Notes: generated by a model not told the origin, from the sequence alone. A stretch of 64,000 nucleotides of DNA from an uncultured Lachnospiraceae bacterium (GCA_910587765.1 CAJUNR010000021.1:14131-78130); one strand, 5' to 3'. Numbered from the stretch's first letter, positions 21,083-32,206 are shown. Program-made: numbers and translations.

Positions 21083-21963
21083 ATGGCAAGAACAGTGGGA
21101 ATCGGAATTCAGAGTTTTGAAAAAGTAATCGAAAATAATTATATGTAATTGATAAGAAAAAAGCCGCCCCCTACTGGGCAAACACCAGTTCCAACAGCCT
21201 GGTTGATAAACTGGTCAGAGAAGGCAGTCCGGATATGAAGATGGTGATGGAAAAGCTGCTGTGCGGCGGGACTTTGCATACGGCTCTGGATGAACAGATC
21301 GTGTTCAGTCAGCTGGATCAGGGCGACGAAGCGGTGTGGAGCCTGCTGCTGGCCGGCGGCTATTTAAAGGCGGTGCATGCTGAGTTCAATACCGACCGGA
21401 TGGAAATCGAATATGACCTGAAGCTGACCAATCTGGAGGTCCGCTATATGTTCCTGCAGATGATCCGGGGATGGTTCCGGGAGTGCCGGGGCGTGCAGAA
21501 CGCATTTTATAAGGCGTTGCTTAGGGGAGACCTGGAGGGGATGAACGATTATATGAATGCCATCTCCTGCGAACTGTTCAGCAGCTTTGATACGGGGAAG
21601 AAGCCTTCCCAAAAGACGCAGCCGGAGCGCTTCTACCATGGATTTGTGCTGGGGCTTCTGGCGGAACTGCAGGACCGGTATGTGATTACCTCCAATCGGG
21701 AGAGCGGTTTTGGCAGATATGACATCATGCTGGAGCCAAAGGAGAAAGGACGGGACGCGTTTCTGATCGAGTTCAAGGTGGCGCGTGCGGACCGCGGGGA
21801 GACGCTGGAGGACGCCGTCCGGTCGGCTCTGGATCAGATTGAGAAAATGCAGTATGAGATCGCGCTCCAAAGCAGGGGGATCGCTCCGGAGCAGATCCGA
21901 AAATACGGGTTTGCGTTTGAAGGGAAGAAGGTGCTGATCGGAGAAGAGGGAATCCGGCTTTGA
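21083..21963 (+). pseudogene. Internally deleted AAA-ATPase-like / PD-(D/E)XK protein; nuclease half remains as ORF 21235-21963
   Basis: MARTVGIGIQSFEKVIENNYM* is followed directly by PYWANTSSN; C-half has ERFYHGF, SNRESGFGRYDI and IEFK. Confidence 0.8.
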
Positions 21964-22024
21964 CAAAGCTATGAAAATATTTTATAATAACTCGGAAAGC
22001 ACCGAGTCGGAGGAAACCGAGTAA

Positions 22025-23401
22025 ATGATTTTTTATGGGAGAGAGAAGGAAAAGAAGAGTCTGGAGCGCTTTTATTCCAGGACATCTCAGATGGCTGCAT
22101 TGATTTATGGCAGGAGAAGAGTGGGAAAAAGCGAGTTGATTAAGCAGAGCCTGCGGGAGACGGATATTTCCAGCGTCTATTATGAGTGCAGGCAGACCAC
22201 GGAAATGAATAATGTGGAGAGCCTTTCTCTGTTGATTTCCGAAAAATATGGTTACCCACGGCTGGCATTTTCAAAAATGGAAGAAGTGCTGGATTTTCTT
22301 TTTCGGCAGGCGGAAAAAGAAAGACTGATTCTGGTCCTGGATGAGTATTCCTATATCCGTGACGTGGTGAAAGGTATGGACAGCATTCTCCAGGTTTTGA
22401 TCGACCAATATAAAGAGACTTCGCAGCTGAAGCTGATTGTCTGCGGTTCTTTTGTGGATACCATGAAGTCGCTTCTGCTGGTTCAAAGTCCCCTGTACGG
22501 CAGAATTGATCTGACCATGGAATTAAAGCCCATGGATTATTATGAATCCGCTCTGTTTTATCGGACATTTTCGGACGAGGATAAGGTAAAACTGTACAGT
22601 GTCTTCGGAGGGATTCCTTACTATAACCGGCTGATCGATCCTGCTCTGACGGTGAAAGAGAATGTGATCAATCTGATCGCCTCTCCGGGAGCGCGTCTGG
22701 AAATGGAAATTTCCATGTATCTAAGATCAGAGGTTTCCAAAATGGTAAACGCAAATGAGGTTTTTGACGCGCTGGCAAGAGGATATTCCAGATACAGCGA
22801 TATCCTGTCTCAATCTCATGTATCCAGCAGTCCGACACTGGCAGATACACTGGAAAAGCTGATCCGGATGGAGCTCGTAAGAAAAGAAGCGCCGATCAAC
22901 GATGAAAATAATCGTAGAAAATCCGGCTATTACATTGCAGATTCACTGTCATTGTTTTACTATCGTTATATTTTCCGGTATTCTTCTCAAATGAATGTCA
23001 TGGAACCGGAACTGTTTTTTGACCGGTATATTAAGCAGGATTTTGAAGAAAAGCATGTACCTCGGATGTTCGAGGAGATCTGCAGGCAGTATCTGATTCG
23101 GCAGAACCGTCGTGGCCGTTTGGAAGAGCCTTTTGAAAAAATCGGCACATATTATTATGATGATCCCAAAAAGAAAATGAACGGGGAATTTGATATTGTG
23201 ACGCTGGATTCCAAGGGCTATATTTTTTATGAAGCAAAATTCAGAAAGGCGCCGCTCACCCGGAAATTGATGGAACAGGAGATCGCACAGGTGGAAAACA
23301 GCCCGCTTTCCTGTTATAAATACGGATTTTTTTCCAGAGCCGGTTTCGAATCGAATATGGAACATGTAATGATGTTTACGTTAGAGGATTTGTTCTCGTG
23401 A
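22025..23401 (+). CDS. Archaeal-type ATPase with DUF234/PD-(D/E)XK C-terminus
   Basis: YGRRRVGKS Walker A, LVLDEY, SPLYGR and EFDIV...EAK. Confidence 0.9.
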   Translation: MIFYGREKEKKSLERFYSRTSQMAALIYGRRRVGKSELIKQSLRETDISSVYYECRQTTEMNNVESLSLLISEKYGYPRLAFSKMEEVLDFLFRQAEKERLILVLDEYSYIRDVVKGMDSILQVLIDQYKETSQLKLIVCGSFVDTMKSLLLVQSPLYGRIDLTMELKPMDYYESALFYRTFSDEDKVKLYSVFGGIPYYNRLIDPALTVKENVINLIASPGARLEMEISMYLRSEVSKMVNANEVFDALARGYSRYSDILSQSHVSSSPTLADTLEKLIRMELVRKEAPINDENNRRKSGYYIADSLSLFYYRYIFRYSSQMNVMEPELFFDRYIKQDFEEKHVPRMFEEICRQYLIRQNRRGRLEEPFEKIGTYYYDDPKKKMNGEFDIVTLDSKGYIFYEAKFRKAPLTRKLMEQEIAQVENSPLSCYKYGFFSRAGFESNMEHVMMFTLEDLFS

Positions 23402-23417
23402 GCTGTTCTGATAAAAA

Positions 23418-23463
23418 GATAACTGTAAAATGCCGGAGCGGGGTCCGGCATTTTACAGTTATC
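23418..23463. terminator. Bidirectional terminator hairpin
   Basis: 20-bp perfect stem GATAACTGTAAAATGCCGGA/TCCGGCATTTTACAGTTATC between convergent genes. Confidence 0.75.
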
Positions 23464-23478
23464 CTTTCTGTTTCGCGT

Positions 23479-25155
23479 TTATCTTTCCCCGCTTTTCCGC
23501 AGTACAAAAGCCTCGTACGGCTTCAGCGTCAGTTCGGTCCTGTCGTACACGTTCCCCGTGTTGGAGATCAGGCAGGAGGCTCCCGTAAATTCCGCCGGGA
23601 TGGTAACGTGCGTCTCGTGGTCGCAGAAGCTGCATACAACCAGCAGTTTCTCGCCGTCCATCTCTCTTGTATAGACAAACAGTTCTTCGTTGTCCTCCAG
23701 CATCGGCTCATACTTTCCGTATACGATGATCGGATGCTCTTTTCGGAGGGAGATCAGTTTTTTATAATAATGGAACACGGAATCGGGGTCGGCGGTCTCC
23801 GCTTTGGCGTTGATCTCTGTATAGTTGGGATTGACCGCGATCCACGGGGTGCCCGCGGTAAAGCCTGCCTGCGGGGAATCATCCCACTGGACCGGCGTCC
23901 TGGCGTTATCGCGACTCTTAAACGTAATGCAGGGCCAGAACACTTCATGGGGCAGAGGCCCTTCTTCGCACCATTCCCGGTAAGCGTTGACGCTCTCGAT
24001 ATCGCGGAAGTCCTCCGGGCTCCGGAACGGATAATTCGTCATGCCCAGCTCTTCTCCCTGATAGATGTACGGCGTCCCCTGCAGCATATGCAGGCAGGTG
24101 GCCAGCATCTTCGCGGACATCTCCCGGTACTGGGGACGGTCGTCGCCGAAACGCGAGACCGCGCGCGGCTGGTCGTGATTGTCCCAGAACAGGCTGTTCC
24201 ATGCCCTGCCGTAAAGTTCTTTCTGCCAGCGGGACAGTGTTTTCTTGAGCGTAGTGAGGGGAATCTTCTCATCCGTCCACTTCCCGTATTTACCGTCTCC
24301 CTCCACATGCTCGAACTGGAATACCATGTTCAGTTCGTGGGTATCCTCGCCCGCGTACTGCTTCGCCAGCTCCGTGGTCACGCCGCTGGTCTCTCCGACG
24401 GTCATGATGTTGTATTTTGAGAGCACTTTTTCATTCATTTCCTGTAAATAGTTATGGACGTTGGGCCCGTGTACACAATAAGGATTAAAACTGCCGTATA
24501 ACCCCTGTACCTCGCCGTCCGGCATCTCCTTCGTCTTGGAGATCATACTGATGACATCCATGCGGAAGCCGTCGATCCCCTTGTCGCACCACCACGTCAT
24601 CATGTCAAACACTTCCTCGCGTACCCTGGGATTGTCCCAGTTCAAGTCCGGTTGTTTTGCGGAAAAAAGATGCAGGTAGTACATGCCGGTTGCCTCGTCA
24701 TACTGCCATGCCGGGCCGCCGAAGCAGGAACCCCAGTTGTTGGGCGGCGTCTGGGCGTCTTTGCCTTCGCGCCAGATATAGTAATCGCGGTACGCGTTGT
24801 CCCTGGACTTCCGGCTCTCCATAAACCATCTGTGTTCATCCGACGTATGATTGACGACCAGATCCATGACGATCTTGATTCCGCGCTCATGTGCGGCCGC
24901 CAGCAGCGTGTCAAAGTCCGCCATCGTACCGAATTCGTCCATAATATCCTGATAGTCGCTGATGTCGTATCCGTTGTCGTCATTGGGGGACTGATACACC
25001 GGCGAGAGCCAGATCACGTCGATCCCCAGATATTTCAGATAGTCCAGCCGGCTGATGATTCCCTGCAGGTCGCCGATGCCGTCGCCGTTGCTGTCCATAA
25101 AGCTGCGCGGATAAATCTGATAAATCACCGCTTCTTTCCACCATGCTCTTTTCAT
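23479..25155 (-). CDS. GH13 oligo-1,6-/alpha-glucosidase
   Basis: YQIYPRSF, DLVVNH, GFRMDVI and NHDQPR motifs; start re-called at 25155. Confidence 0.93.
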   Translation of the reverse strand: MKRAWWKEAVIYQIYPRSFMDSNGDGIGDLQGIISRLDYLKYLGIDVIWLSPVYQSPNDDNGYDISDYQDIMDEFGTMADFDTLLAAAHERGIKIVMDLVVNHTSDEHRWFMESRKSRDNAYRDYYIWREGKDAQTPPNNWGSCFGGPAWQYDEATGMYYLHLFSAKQPDLNWDNPRVREEVFDMMTWWCDKGIDGFRMDVISMISKTKEMPDGEVQGLYGSFNPYCVHGPNVHNYLQEMNEKVLSKYNIMTVGETSGVTTELAKQYAGEDTHELNMVFQFEHVEGDGKYGKWTDEKIPLTTLKKTLSRWQKELYGRAWNSLFWDNHDQPRAVSRFGDDRPQYREMSAKMLATCLHMLQGTPYIYQGEELGMTNYPFRSPEDFRDIESVNAYREWCEEGPLPHEVFWPCITFKSRDNARTPVQWDDSPQAGFTAGTPWIAVNPNYTEINAKAETADPDSVFHYYKKLISLRKEHPIIVYGKYEPMLEDNEELFVYTREMDGEKLLVVCSFCDHETHVTIPAEFTGASCLISNTGNVYDRTELTLKPYEAFVLRKSGER

Positions 25156-25179
25156 ATCGTTTTCCTTTCTTTTCGTTTC

Positions 25180-25274
25180 GTTCCGCATCTGCCCTTACTT
25201 CGCCCCGGCGCCTGAAAGGATGTTCTCTCACTTTGTTCCGTAAAATCCTTCCGGGGATGCTTTCGGTCAGATGC
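25180..25274 (-). repeat. Intergenic palindromic repeat family A, copy 2
   Basis: Reverse complement of 1465-1526 with an internal insert; overlaps the stop codon at 25267. Confidence 0.8.
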
Positions 25275-26943
25275 CCATTTCCAGTACCAGAACCTGATAT
25301 CCCTGCAGCCGGATGGTCTGTCCGTCTTCCGCGATCTCTTTGTAATTGTTCAGAAGAACCTTCCGGTATCCGGCAGGCAGTTTGATCTCCTGCGCCTCTC
25401 TCTGGTAATTTCCCACGACCAGCAGCGTCCGATCCCCTTTTCGATAATAGGCCATCAGATTGTGCCGTTCTTCCCACACCGGTTCCAGGGCGCCGTACAC
25501 GATGGTTTCCTTATAAACCGGATCTTTGCGCAGCGAGATCAGTTTCTTATAGAAAGAGTAAAGCGAGTCAGCATCCTCTGTCTGCGCGGCGGCATTGATG
25601 GAAAGATAGTTGGGATTGACTTTCAGCCAGGGGGTGCCGGTCGTAAAGCCGGCGTTTGCCCCGTCTGTCCACTGCATGGGCGTGCGCGCGTTGTCGCGGC
25701 TGTATTTTGCCACGACCTTCAGCGCCTCTTCCGGAGAAAGGCCCGCTTCCAGCGCGACCCGGTATTCGTCGCGGGCGGAGATATCATCCACTTCGTCGAT
25801 GGACGCAATCGGTACATTTTCCATCCCCAGTTCCTGGCCCTGATAGATAAAAGGCAGTCCCCGCAGCAGAAAGTTCAGCGCCGCCAGCATTTTCTTGCTC
25901 TCGATGCAGCAGTCTCCTTCCGGGATATAACGGCTGACGCCCCGGGGTTCGTCATGGTTCTCGATAATATTTGAGAGAAATCCCATATCGCCCACCTTTG
26001 CCTGCGCGTCAAAGCAGCACTTTTTATAGTCGTCCGGCGTGATGGGCGTTGTGTCATACCATCCCTTTTCACTGCCTCCGAAAATCGTCTCGTTGAAATC
26101 AAACATAGTGGAGAAATAACCGTCGTCGCCGATAAACTCCGGGATTTCTTCCGGTTTTTCATTGAACACTTCCCCTACGGTAAAGGCGTCATACTTCCGG
26201 AAGGTGCGGTCGCGCATTTCCCCTAAAAACGTTCCGATTCCCTTCGCCTCCTGCAGCATGGCATGGATGCTGCACAGGCCGTCCTCCCGGTCCGGCTCGT
26301 AATCACGGAACGGAAGGGCTTTCTTGATATTGATAATGGCATCTATGCGGAAACCGCCCAGTCCCTTGTCCAGCCACCAGTTGATGTTCTTATAAACTTC
26401 CTCCCGGACTTCCGGGTTTTCCCAGTTCAGATCCGGCTGTTTCTTATGAAATACATGGAGATACTGCTTATTGGTGCCCGGCAGGTCCTCCCACACAGGA
26501 CCGCCGAAATAAGAACGCCAGTTCGTCGGCAGCTCTCCCTCTTTTTTGTCCCGCAGATAAAAATAGTTTCCATATGTTCCGTCCGGGTCCTCACAGGCTT
26601 TTTTGAACCATTCATGCTCATCCGAGCAGTGGTTGACGACCAGGTCCATGAGAATACAAATGCCCCGCTTTTTTGCCTCCGCGATCAGATTCTCCATATC
26701 CTCCATGGTGCCGAAACGGGGATCGATCCGGTAGTAGTCCGAGATATCATATCCCTGGTCAGCCAGAGGAGACTGATAACACGGGGACAGCCAGAGAATA
26801 TCGATGCCCAGATCCGCAAGGTAATCCAGTTTGCTGATAATACCTGGAATATCGCCGATGCCGTCGCCGTTGGAATCGTAGAAACTCTTCGGATAAATCT
26901 GATATGCAACTTTGTCATGCCACCATTTTCTGTTCATAACCAT
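25267..26943 (-). CDS. GH13 alpha-glucosidase
   Basis: YQIYPKSF, GFRIDAI and NHDEPR motifs. Confidence 0.93.
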   Translation of the reverse strand: MVMNRKWWHDKVAYQIYPKSFYDSNGDGIGDIPGIISKLDYLADLGIDILWLSPCYQSPLADQGYDISDYYRIDPRFGTMEDMENLIAEAKKRGICILMDLVVNHCSDEHEWFKKACEDPDGTYGNYFYLRDKKEGELPTNWRSYFGGPVWEDLPGTNKQYLHVFHKKQPDLNWENPEVREEVYKNINWWLDKGLGGFRIDAIINIKKALPFRDYEPDREDGLCSIHAMLQEAKGIGTFLGEMRDRTFRKYDAFTVGEVFNEKPEEIPEFIGDDGYFSTMFDFNETIFGGSEKGWYDTTPITPDDYKKCCFDAQAKVGDMGFLSNIIENHDEPRGVSRYIPEGDCCIESKKMLAALNFLLRGLPFIYQGQELGMENVPIASIDEVDDISARDEYRVALEAGLSPEEALKVVAKYSRDNARTPMQWTDGANAGFTTGTPWLKVNPNYLSINAAAQTEDADSLYSFYKKLISLRKDPVYKETIVYGALEPVWEERHNLMAYYRKGDRTLLVVGNYQREAQEIKLPAGYRKVLLNNYKEIAEDGQTIRLQGYQVLVLEMGI

Positions 26944-27090
26944 ACCTCCTGATTTTGCCTGCCGCTGATTTTTCAGCCGGATAAATTTCGTTCTGTCCGC
27001 TGTCCTGTGTTTTGTTGTTGCTTCTATTTTAATGACACACGCGGCGGATGTCTTACGGTTATTTGCTTAAAAACTACGGTATTATGACTT

Positions 27091-27999
27091 TTAGGAAATT
27101 TCAAAATTTTTCTTATACTGTAAAGGCGTCGTGCCTGTGCGTTTCCGGAACTCCTGCAGAAAATTGCCCAGATTATTGAAGCCGCATTCCAGACAGACTT
27201 CCGTTACCTGCAGATCGGTCTCCTCCAGAAGACGTTTGGCCTGCTTGATCCGGTATTCATTGATATATTCTATAGGGGAATGTCCGATCACTTTTTTAAA
27301 AAGCCGGCAGAAATACTGTTCGTTCAGATTTACCTGGCCGGCAAGATCCGATATATATATTTTATTGTGATAATTTTCTTCAATATATAAAAGCACTGTT
27401 TTAATATTCTCCACACGTTTGTCAAAATTCCGTTCTACAGGCAGAAAAAGTCCATGTTCAGAGAGCGTGGCCAGAATGCGCAGCAGAGAAGATTTAATGT
27501 ACAGCTGACAGGCCAGGCCGTCCGCCGTCAGGCTGCCGTCTTCCGCGATCCGTTCAAAGACGCCCATGATATCCGCAAAGGCGTGACGCAGCGACAGGAA
27601 TGCAGGATGCGGCGGTGCAACACAGCGGGGAAAGAGCAGCTTCCCATTCCGGATCGGTTTGATCAGACGAATCTGCGTCTCGTCATGCGAATCAAATCCC
27701 AGAATCCCAGGCAAAAAAACGACGGCATCCTCCCAGTGGGGGTCAAAGGTCTCGGAGATAATGCCGTGCAGCTCACCGGGATTGATGAAATAAAAACATT
27801 CGGAGGAAATCTGGAAAGATTCCATATTGATTTCAAGCCGGAATCCGCCTTCCGAAAAATACAGGATTTCCGCTTCGTCATGCCAGTGATGTTTTACAAA
27901 CACTCCTTTTCCCACAGAATGCGTACGGTAGGCCGCGCAGGGCAGAAATTTTGTGCCGTGGGGACAGATTTCCTTTAAAAGAATGGGCTGTTGCTCCAT
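27091..27999 (-). CDS. AraC family transcriptional regulator
   Basis: HHWHDEAE cupin; C-terminal CGFNNLGNF...TPLQYK. Confidence 0.92.
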   Translation of the reverse strand: MEQQPILLKEICPHGTKFLPCAAYRTHSVGKGVFVKHHWHDEAEILYFSEGGFRLEINMESFQISSECFYFINPGELHGIISETFDPHWEDAVVFLPGILGFDSHDETQIRLIKPIRNGKLLFPRCVAPPHPAFLSLRHAFADIMGVFERIAEDGSLTADGLACQLYIKSSLLRILATLSEHGLFLPVERNFDKRVENIKTVLLYIEENYHNKIYISDLAGQVNLNEQYFCRLFKKVIGHSPIEYINEYRIKQAKRLLEETDLQVTEVCLECGFNNLGNFLQEFRKRTGTTPLQYKKNFEIS

Positions 28000-28115
28000 G
28001 AAAGTCCTCCTTGGTGACCTGTTTAAACATCTGATTTTATTATAATTCGGAACAGGAGAAAGTCAAGAGGAGAACAGGCGGAGAGCGGAAAACCGCAATT
28101 TATTTCTGAAAATAA

Positions 28116-28200
28116 ACTTGTTTAAACAAATTATGAAATAATGCTTGACATGTTCAAACAAGTGTGATATATATAATACATAACAACTTGTTTGAACATG
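28116..28200 (+). promoter_or_regulatory. treP promoter with three TreR-type operators
   Basis: TTGTTTAAACAA, ATGTTCAAACAA and TTGTTTGAACAT around TTGACA (28145). Confidence 0.8.
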
Positions 28201-28227
28201 TAAACGACAAACAAAAGGAGGAAAGAA

Positions 28228-30213
28228 ATGGGAAAATACGTAGAAGACGCAAAAGAGCTGCTGCGGTATGTAGGAGGGAAAGAAAACATCGCTGCGGTAT
28301 CGCATTGTATGACGCGGATGCGGTTCGTGCTCAACGACCCGAAGAAGGCGGACATTGCGAAGATTGAAGCCATGAAAGTGGTGAAGGGCAGTTTCACGCA
28401 GACTGGACAGTTTCAGGTGATTATCGGCAACACGGTGGCGGATTTTTACAATGATTTTATCGCTGTGTCCGGCATCGAAGGCGTGTCCAAGGACGCGGTA
28501 AAAAGCGCGGCGAAGCAGAATCAGAACGTGCTGCAGCGGATGATCACGGCGCTGGCGGAGATCTTCGCCCCGCTGATTCCGGCGATTATCACCGGAGGTT
28601 TGATCCTGGGTTTCCGCAACTGCATTGACAGCATGTATTTATTTGAAAACGGAACAAAGACTCTGTGCGACATCAGCCAGTTCTGGGCGGGAATCGACAG
28701 TTTTCTGTGGCTCATCGGAGAAGCCGTCTTCCACATGCTGCCGGTAGGAATCTGCTGGTCGGTGACAAAGAAAATGGGCACTACGCAGATGCTCGGCATC
28801 GTTCTCGGTTTGACGCTGGTATCCGGACAGCTTCTCAATGCGTACGCGGTGGCAGGAACAGCGGCGGCGGATATCCCGGCATGGAATTTCGGGTATTTTC
28901 AGGTTAACATGATCGGCTATCAGGCGCAGGTGCTGCCGGCGATCCTGGCGGCCTTCACGTTGGTCTATCTGGAACGGTTTTTCCGAAAGATCACGCCGCA
29001 AGTGGTGTCCATGATTGTCGTTCCGTTCTGCAGTCTGGTGCTGGCAGTGATCGCGGCGCACTTCGTGCTCGGTCCCATCGGCTGGAAGATCGGGTCCGCC
29101 ATCTCTTCCGTTGTCTACGCGGGAATCACCGGTCCTTTCAAGGTTCTCTTCGGAGCCGTGTTCGGGTTTGTGTATGCACCGCTGGTGATTACAGGACTCC
29201 ATCACATGTCCAATGCCATTGACCTGCAGTTGATCGCGGATTACGGCGGGACCATGCTGTGGCCCATGATCGCCTTGTCCAACATCGCTCAGGGTTCCGC
29301 GGTGCTCGGCATGATCGCGCTTCAGAGGAAAAATGCGGAAGCTCAGGAAGTAAACGTACCGGCCTGCGTCTCCTGTTACCTCGGCGTCACCGAGCCGGCG
29401 ATCTTCGGTGTGAATTTAAAACATGTATTCCCGTTCGTATGCGGTATGATTGGCTCCGCCTGTGCGGCGGTGGTCTGTGTGGCCATGGGGACGACCGCCA
29501 ATGCCATCGGCGTAGGCGGACTGCCAGGAATCCTTTCTATCCGTCCGGCTTCCATGATCGGTTTTGCGCTCTGCATGGCGGTTGCGATTGCGGTTCCGTT
29601 TGTGCTGACAGTGATCTCGGGCAGGAAGCGTCTGCAGGCAGATCAGACGCATGAAACTGCCGATCTGACAGAGATTGCTGCAGGAGCAGGTGCAAGCGCG
29701 GCGGCAGGAGTTACGGCAACTGTTATGCGGAATAAGGAAGCACAGAAGGCGGTTTCCGGAACACTGACCGCATATTTATCCGGAAAAGTGATCCCGCTGA
29801 AGGAAGTGGGCGACGGCGTCTTTTCCGAAGGGATCATGGGTGACGGCCTGGCAATCATCCCGGAAAATGAGACGCTGTATGCGCCGGCGGACGCGGAGGT
29901 TACCGTTATGATGCCCGACTCCCGTCATGCCTGCGGGCTGAAGCTGAATAACGGCATGGAGATTCTGCTGCATATCGGCATCGATACGGTGGATATGAAG
30001 GGAGACGGTTTTGAATATCTGATATCGGAGGGGCAGAAGGTGTCGGTTGGGACGCCGCTGATCCGGTTTGACAGAGCAAAGATCAAAGCAGCCGGACATC
30101 CGGATACGACGGTGTGCATTATTACCGAACCGGGCGTCGCAGGCAATATCCGCTTTGTAACAGACATAAAAGGAGAAGCTAAGAAAACAGTTATAGCGAC
30201 GTTCGAGTCCTGA
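28228..30213 (+). CDS. treP: PTS trehalose-specific IIBCA
   Basis: HCMTRMRF, MIGYQAQV, LSNIAQGSA and LHIGIDTV motifs; shares operators with treC. Confidence 0.92.
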   Translation: MGKYVEDAKELLRYVGGKENIAAVSHCMTRMRFVLNDPKKADIAKIEAMKVVKGSFTQTGQFQVIIGNTVADFYNDFIAVSGIEGVSKDAVKSAAKQNQNVLQRMITALAEIFAPLIPAIITGGLILGFRNCIDSMYLFENGTKTLCDISQFWAGIDSFLWLIGEAVFHMLPVGICWSVTKKMGTTQMLGIVLGLTLVSGQLLNAYAVAGTAAADIPAWNFGYFQVNMIGYQAQVLPAILAAFTLVYLERFFRKITPQVVSMIVVPFCSLVLAVIAAHFVLGPIGWKIGSAISSVVYAGITGPFKVLFGAVFGFVYAPLVITGLHHMSNAIDLQLIADYGGTMLWPMIALSNIAQGSAVLGMIALQRKNAEAQEVNVPACVSCYLGVTEPAIFGVNLKHVFPFVCGMIGSACAAVVCVAMGTTANAIGVGGLPGILSIRPASMIGFALCMAVAIAVPFVLTVISGRKRLQADQTHETADLTEIAAGAGASAAAGVTATVMRNKEAQKAVSGTLTAYLSGKVIPLKEVGDGVFSEGIMGDGLAIIPENETLYAPADAEVTVMMPDSRHACGLKLNNGMEILLHIGIDTVDMKGDGFEYLISEGQKVSVGTPLIRFDRAKIKAAGHPDTTVCIITEPGVAGNIRFVTDIKGEAKKTVIATFES

Positions 30214-30417
30214 TCCGCACCGGCACTATCATCCCGGCACAAGGCACGCTTTTGGTGCCCTGTGCCTGCGCTGGTTTTTGGGGGGGATCAGCCTGCGCCG
30301 GACGGAAAACCGTGTGTAAACAGAAAAGAAAACTGCGAAAATCACTCAAATTTCTTGCGGAATCCATGGCTGGAAGGATATAATAAAGGAAAATCAGCCA
30401 AAAACAGGAGGGGGTCT

Positions 30418-31689
30418 ATGAAAACCATACAGATTCCGTATTATAAAGGGCATATGGAGCTGCACATCCCGGAGGAAAATCTGAAAGCGGTTATCACCGC
30501 GGAAGGAGACCGCTATGATCCCGGCAAGGAGGAAGCGGAACTGGTGCGGGAGGCGTTGGAGCATCCCATCGGGACGCCGCCGCTTCGGGAGCTTGCAAGG
30601 GGGAAGGAGCGCGTGACGCTGGTCACCAGCGATCATACACGCGCGGTTCCGAGCAGGCTGACGCTGCCGATCCTTCTGGAAGAGATCCGCCGGGGAAACC
30701 CGGACGCCCAAATTACGATTCTGATCGGCACTGGGCTACACCGGGCGACGACCGAAGAAGAGATGCGGTTCATGTTCGGAGACGAGATCGTGGATCACGA
30801 GAAGATCGTAGTCAACCATGCCTTTGAGCCGGAGGAATTTACGGCCATGGGCATACTGCCGTCCGGAGCGGAATTTCATGTGAACCGGCTGGCGGCGGAC
30901 TGTGATCTGCTGGTCACCGAAGGGTTTATTGAGCCGCACTTTTTTGCCGGGTTCTCCGGCGGACGCAAAAGCATCCTTCCGGGCATCTGCAATGCGGTGA
31001 CAGTAAATGAGAATCATTCTTATAAAGCGATCTCCAGTCCGTGGTCCGTAACCGGCGTACTGGAGCGCAATCCGATTCATCTGGATATGGTCACCGCAGC
31101 CAGAAGAGTCAATGTGCAGTTCATCCTGAACGTGGCGCAGAACAGCGGGAAAAGGATCATCGCCGCCTTCGCGGGGGATCTGGAAAAGGCTCATGAAAAA
31201 GGAGTGGAATTTGTGCGGAAGCTGTTCTGGTGCCCGCCGGTTACAGGAGATATCGTGATCACCTCCAACGGCGGTTATCCGCTGGACCAGAATCTGTACC
31301 AGACGCCCAAGGCGGTCTCCACTGCGGAGGCGTGCGCCGGGGAGGACGGCGTGATCATCATGTCCGCTTCCTGCGTGGACGGCATGGGCGGGAATCTCTT
31401 TGAGAAACTGATCTGTATGGGATCGGCGGAAGAAATCGACGAGTATCTGTCGAAAATTCCGCCGAAGGAAACGATCAGCGAGCAGTGGTGCGTTCAGGTC
31501 TATGTACGGGCCCTGAAGAAGCATAAGGTGATTCTGGTAACCACCTGTCTGGACCGGGAGACCGTGGAAAAAGCCAATATGATTCATGCGTCGACGATGG
31601 ATGAGGCGCTGGAGAAAGCCTGTTGGATTAAGGGCGCAGACGCGAAGGTCGTGGTGATCCCGGACGGAATCTCCGTGTTTGTATCTTAG
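30418..31689 (+). CDS. larA: Nickel-pincer lactate racemase family protein
   Basis: SDHTR, GTGLHR, EPHFFAGFSGGRKSILPG and GGYPLDQNLYQ; start re-called at 30418. Confidence 0.9.
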   Translation: MKTIQIPYYKGHMELHIPEENLKAVITAEGDRYDPGKEEAELVREALEHPIGTPPLRELARGKERVTLVTSDHTRAVPSRLTLPILLEEIRRGNPDAQITILIGTGLHRATTEEEMRFMFGDEIVDHEKIVVNHAFEPEEFTAMGILPSGAEFHVNRLAADCDLLVTEGFIEPHFFAGFSGGRKSILPGICNAVTVNENHSYKAISSPWSVTGVLERNPIHLDMVTAARRVNVQFILNVAQNSGKRIIAAFAGDLEKAHEKGVEFVRKLFWCPPVTGDIVITSNGGYPLDQNLYQTPKAVSTAEACAGEDGVIIMSASCVDGMGGNLFEKLICMGSAEEIDEYLSKIPPKETISEQWCVQVYVRALKKHKVILVTTCLDRETVEKANMIHASTMDEALEKACWIKGADAKVVVIPDGISVFVS

Positions 31690-31725
31690 AGAAGCATTGC
31701 CGCAGCTTCTGCCGGTAAAATGCGC

Positions 31726-31778
31726 TTGACAGCCCTCCCGTTTTCTTTTATACTTTAAAAGTAAATATTTATTGAAAA
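31726..31778 (+). promoter_or_regulatory. SigA promoter and putative operator of BlaI-M56 island 2
   Basis: TTGACA-17-TATACT followed by AAATA-TT-TATTGAAAA. Confidence 0.72.
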
Positions 31779-31825
31779 ATTATAAATAAACATAGATTTT
31801 GAGTCTGGCAAGGTGGTGAACGAAT

Positions 31826-32206
31826 ATGGAAAAACAAATGACGCCCGCAGAGGAAGTCATCATGCAGTGTCTGTGGGAATCCGGGGAGGACTTGACGGTC
31901 TATGAGATCACAGAGCGTCTGAGGGAGCATTATGGGAAGGATTATGCCAACAACGCCGTCGCCACATTCATGAAAAATCTGCTGAACAGAGGGCTGGTCA
32001 GTCGTTATAAAAAGCACCACTCCCATCAGTGGCATCCGGAGATCAACATGGATGATTACCGGGATCAGAAGCTTCACAGTTTTCGGAAGCAGTGGTACCG
32101 GGGGTCCGGCGTCGGCATGCTGGCTTCCCTTGTGGAAACCTCGGACCTTACAAAAGAAGATGTTAAGAAAATGAAGGAGCTTCTGGATGAATATATGGAT
32201 GAATGA
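31826..32206 (+). CDS. BlaI/MecI/CopY family repressor, copy 2
   Basis: Differs from copy 1 by one residue (L27I). Confidence 0.92.
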   Translation: MEKQMTPAEEVIMQCLWESGEDLTVYEITERLREHYGKDYANNAVATFMKNLLNRGLVSRYKKHHSHQWHPEINMDDYRDQKLHSFRKQWYRGSGVGMLASLVETSDLTKEDVKKMKELLDEYMDE

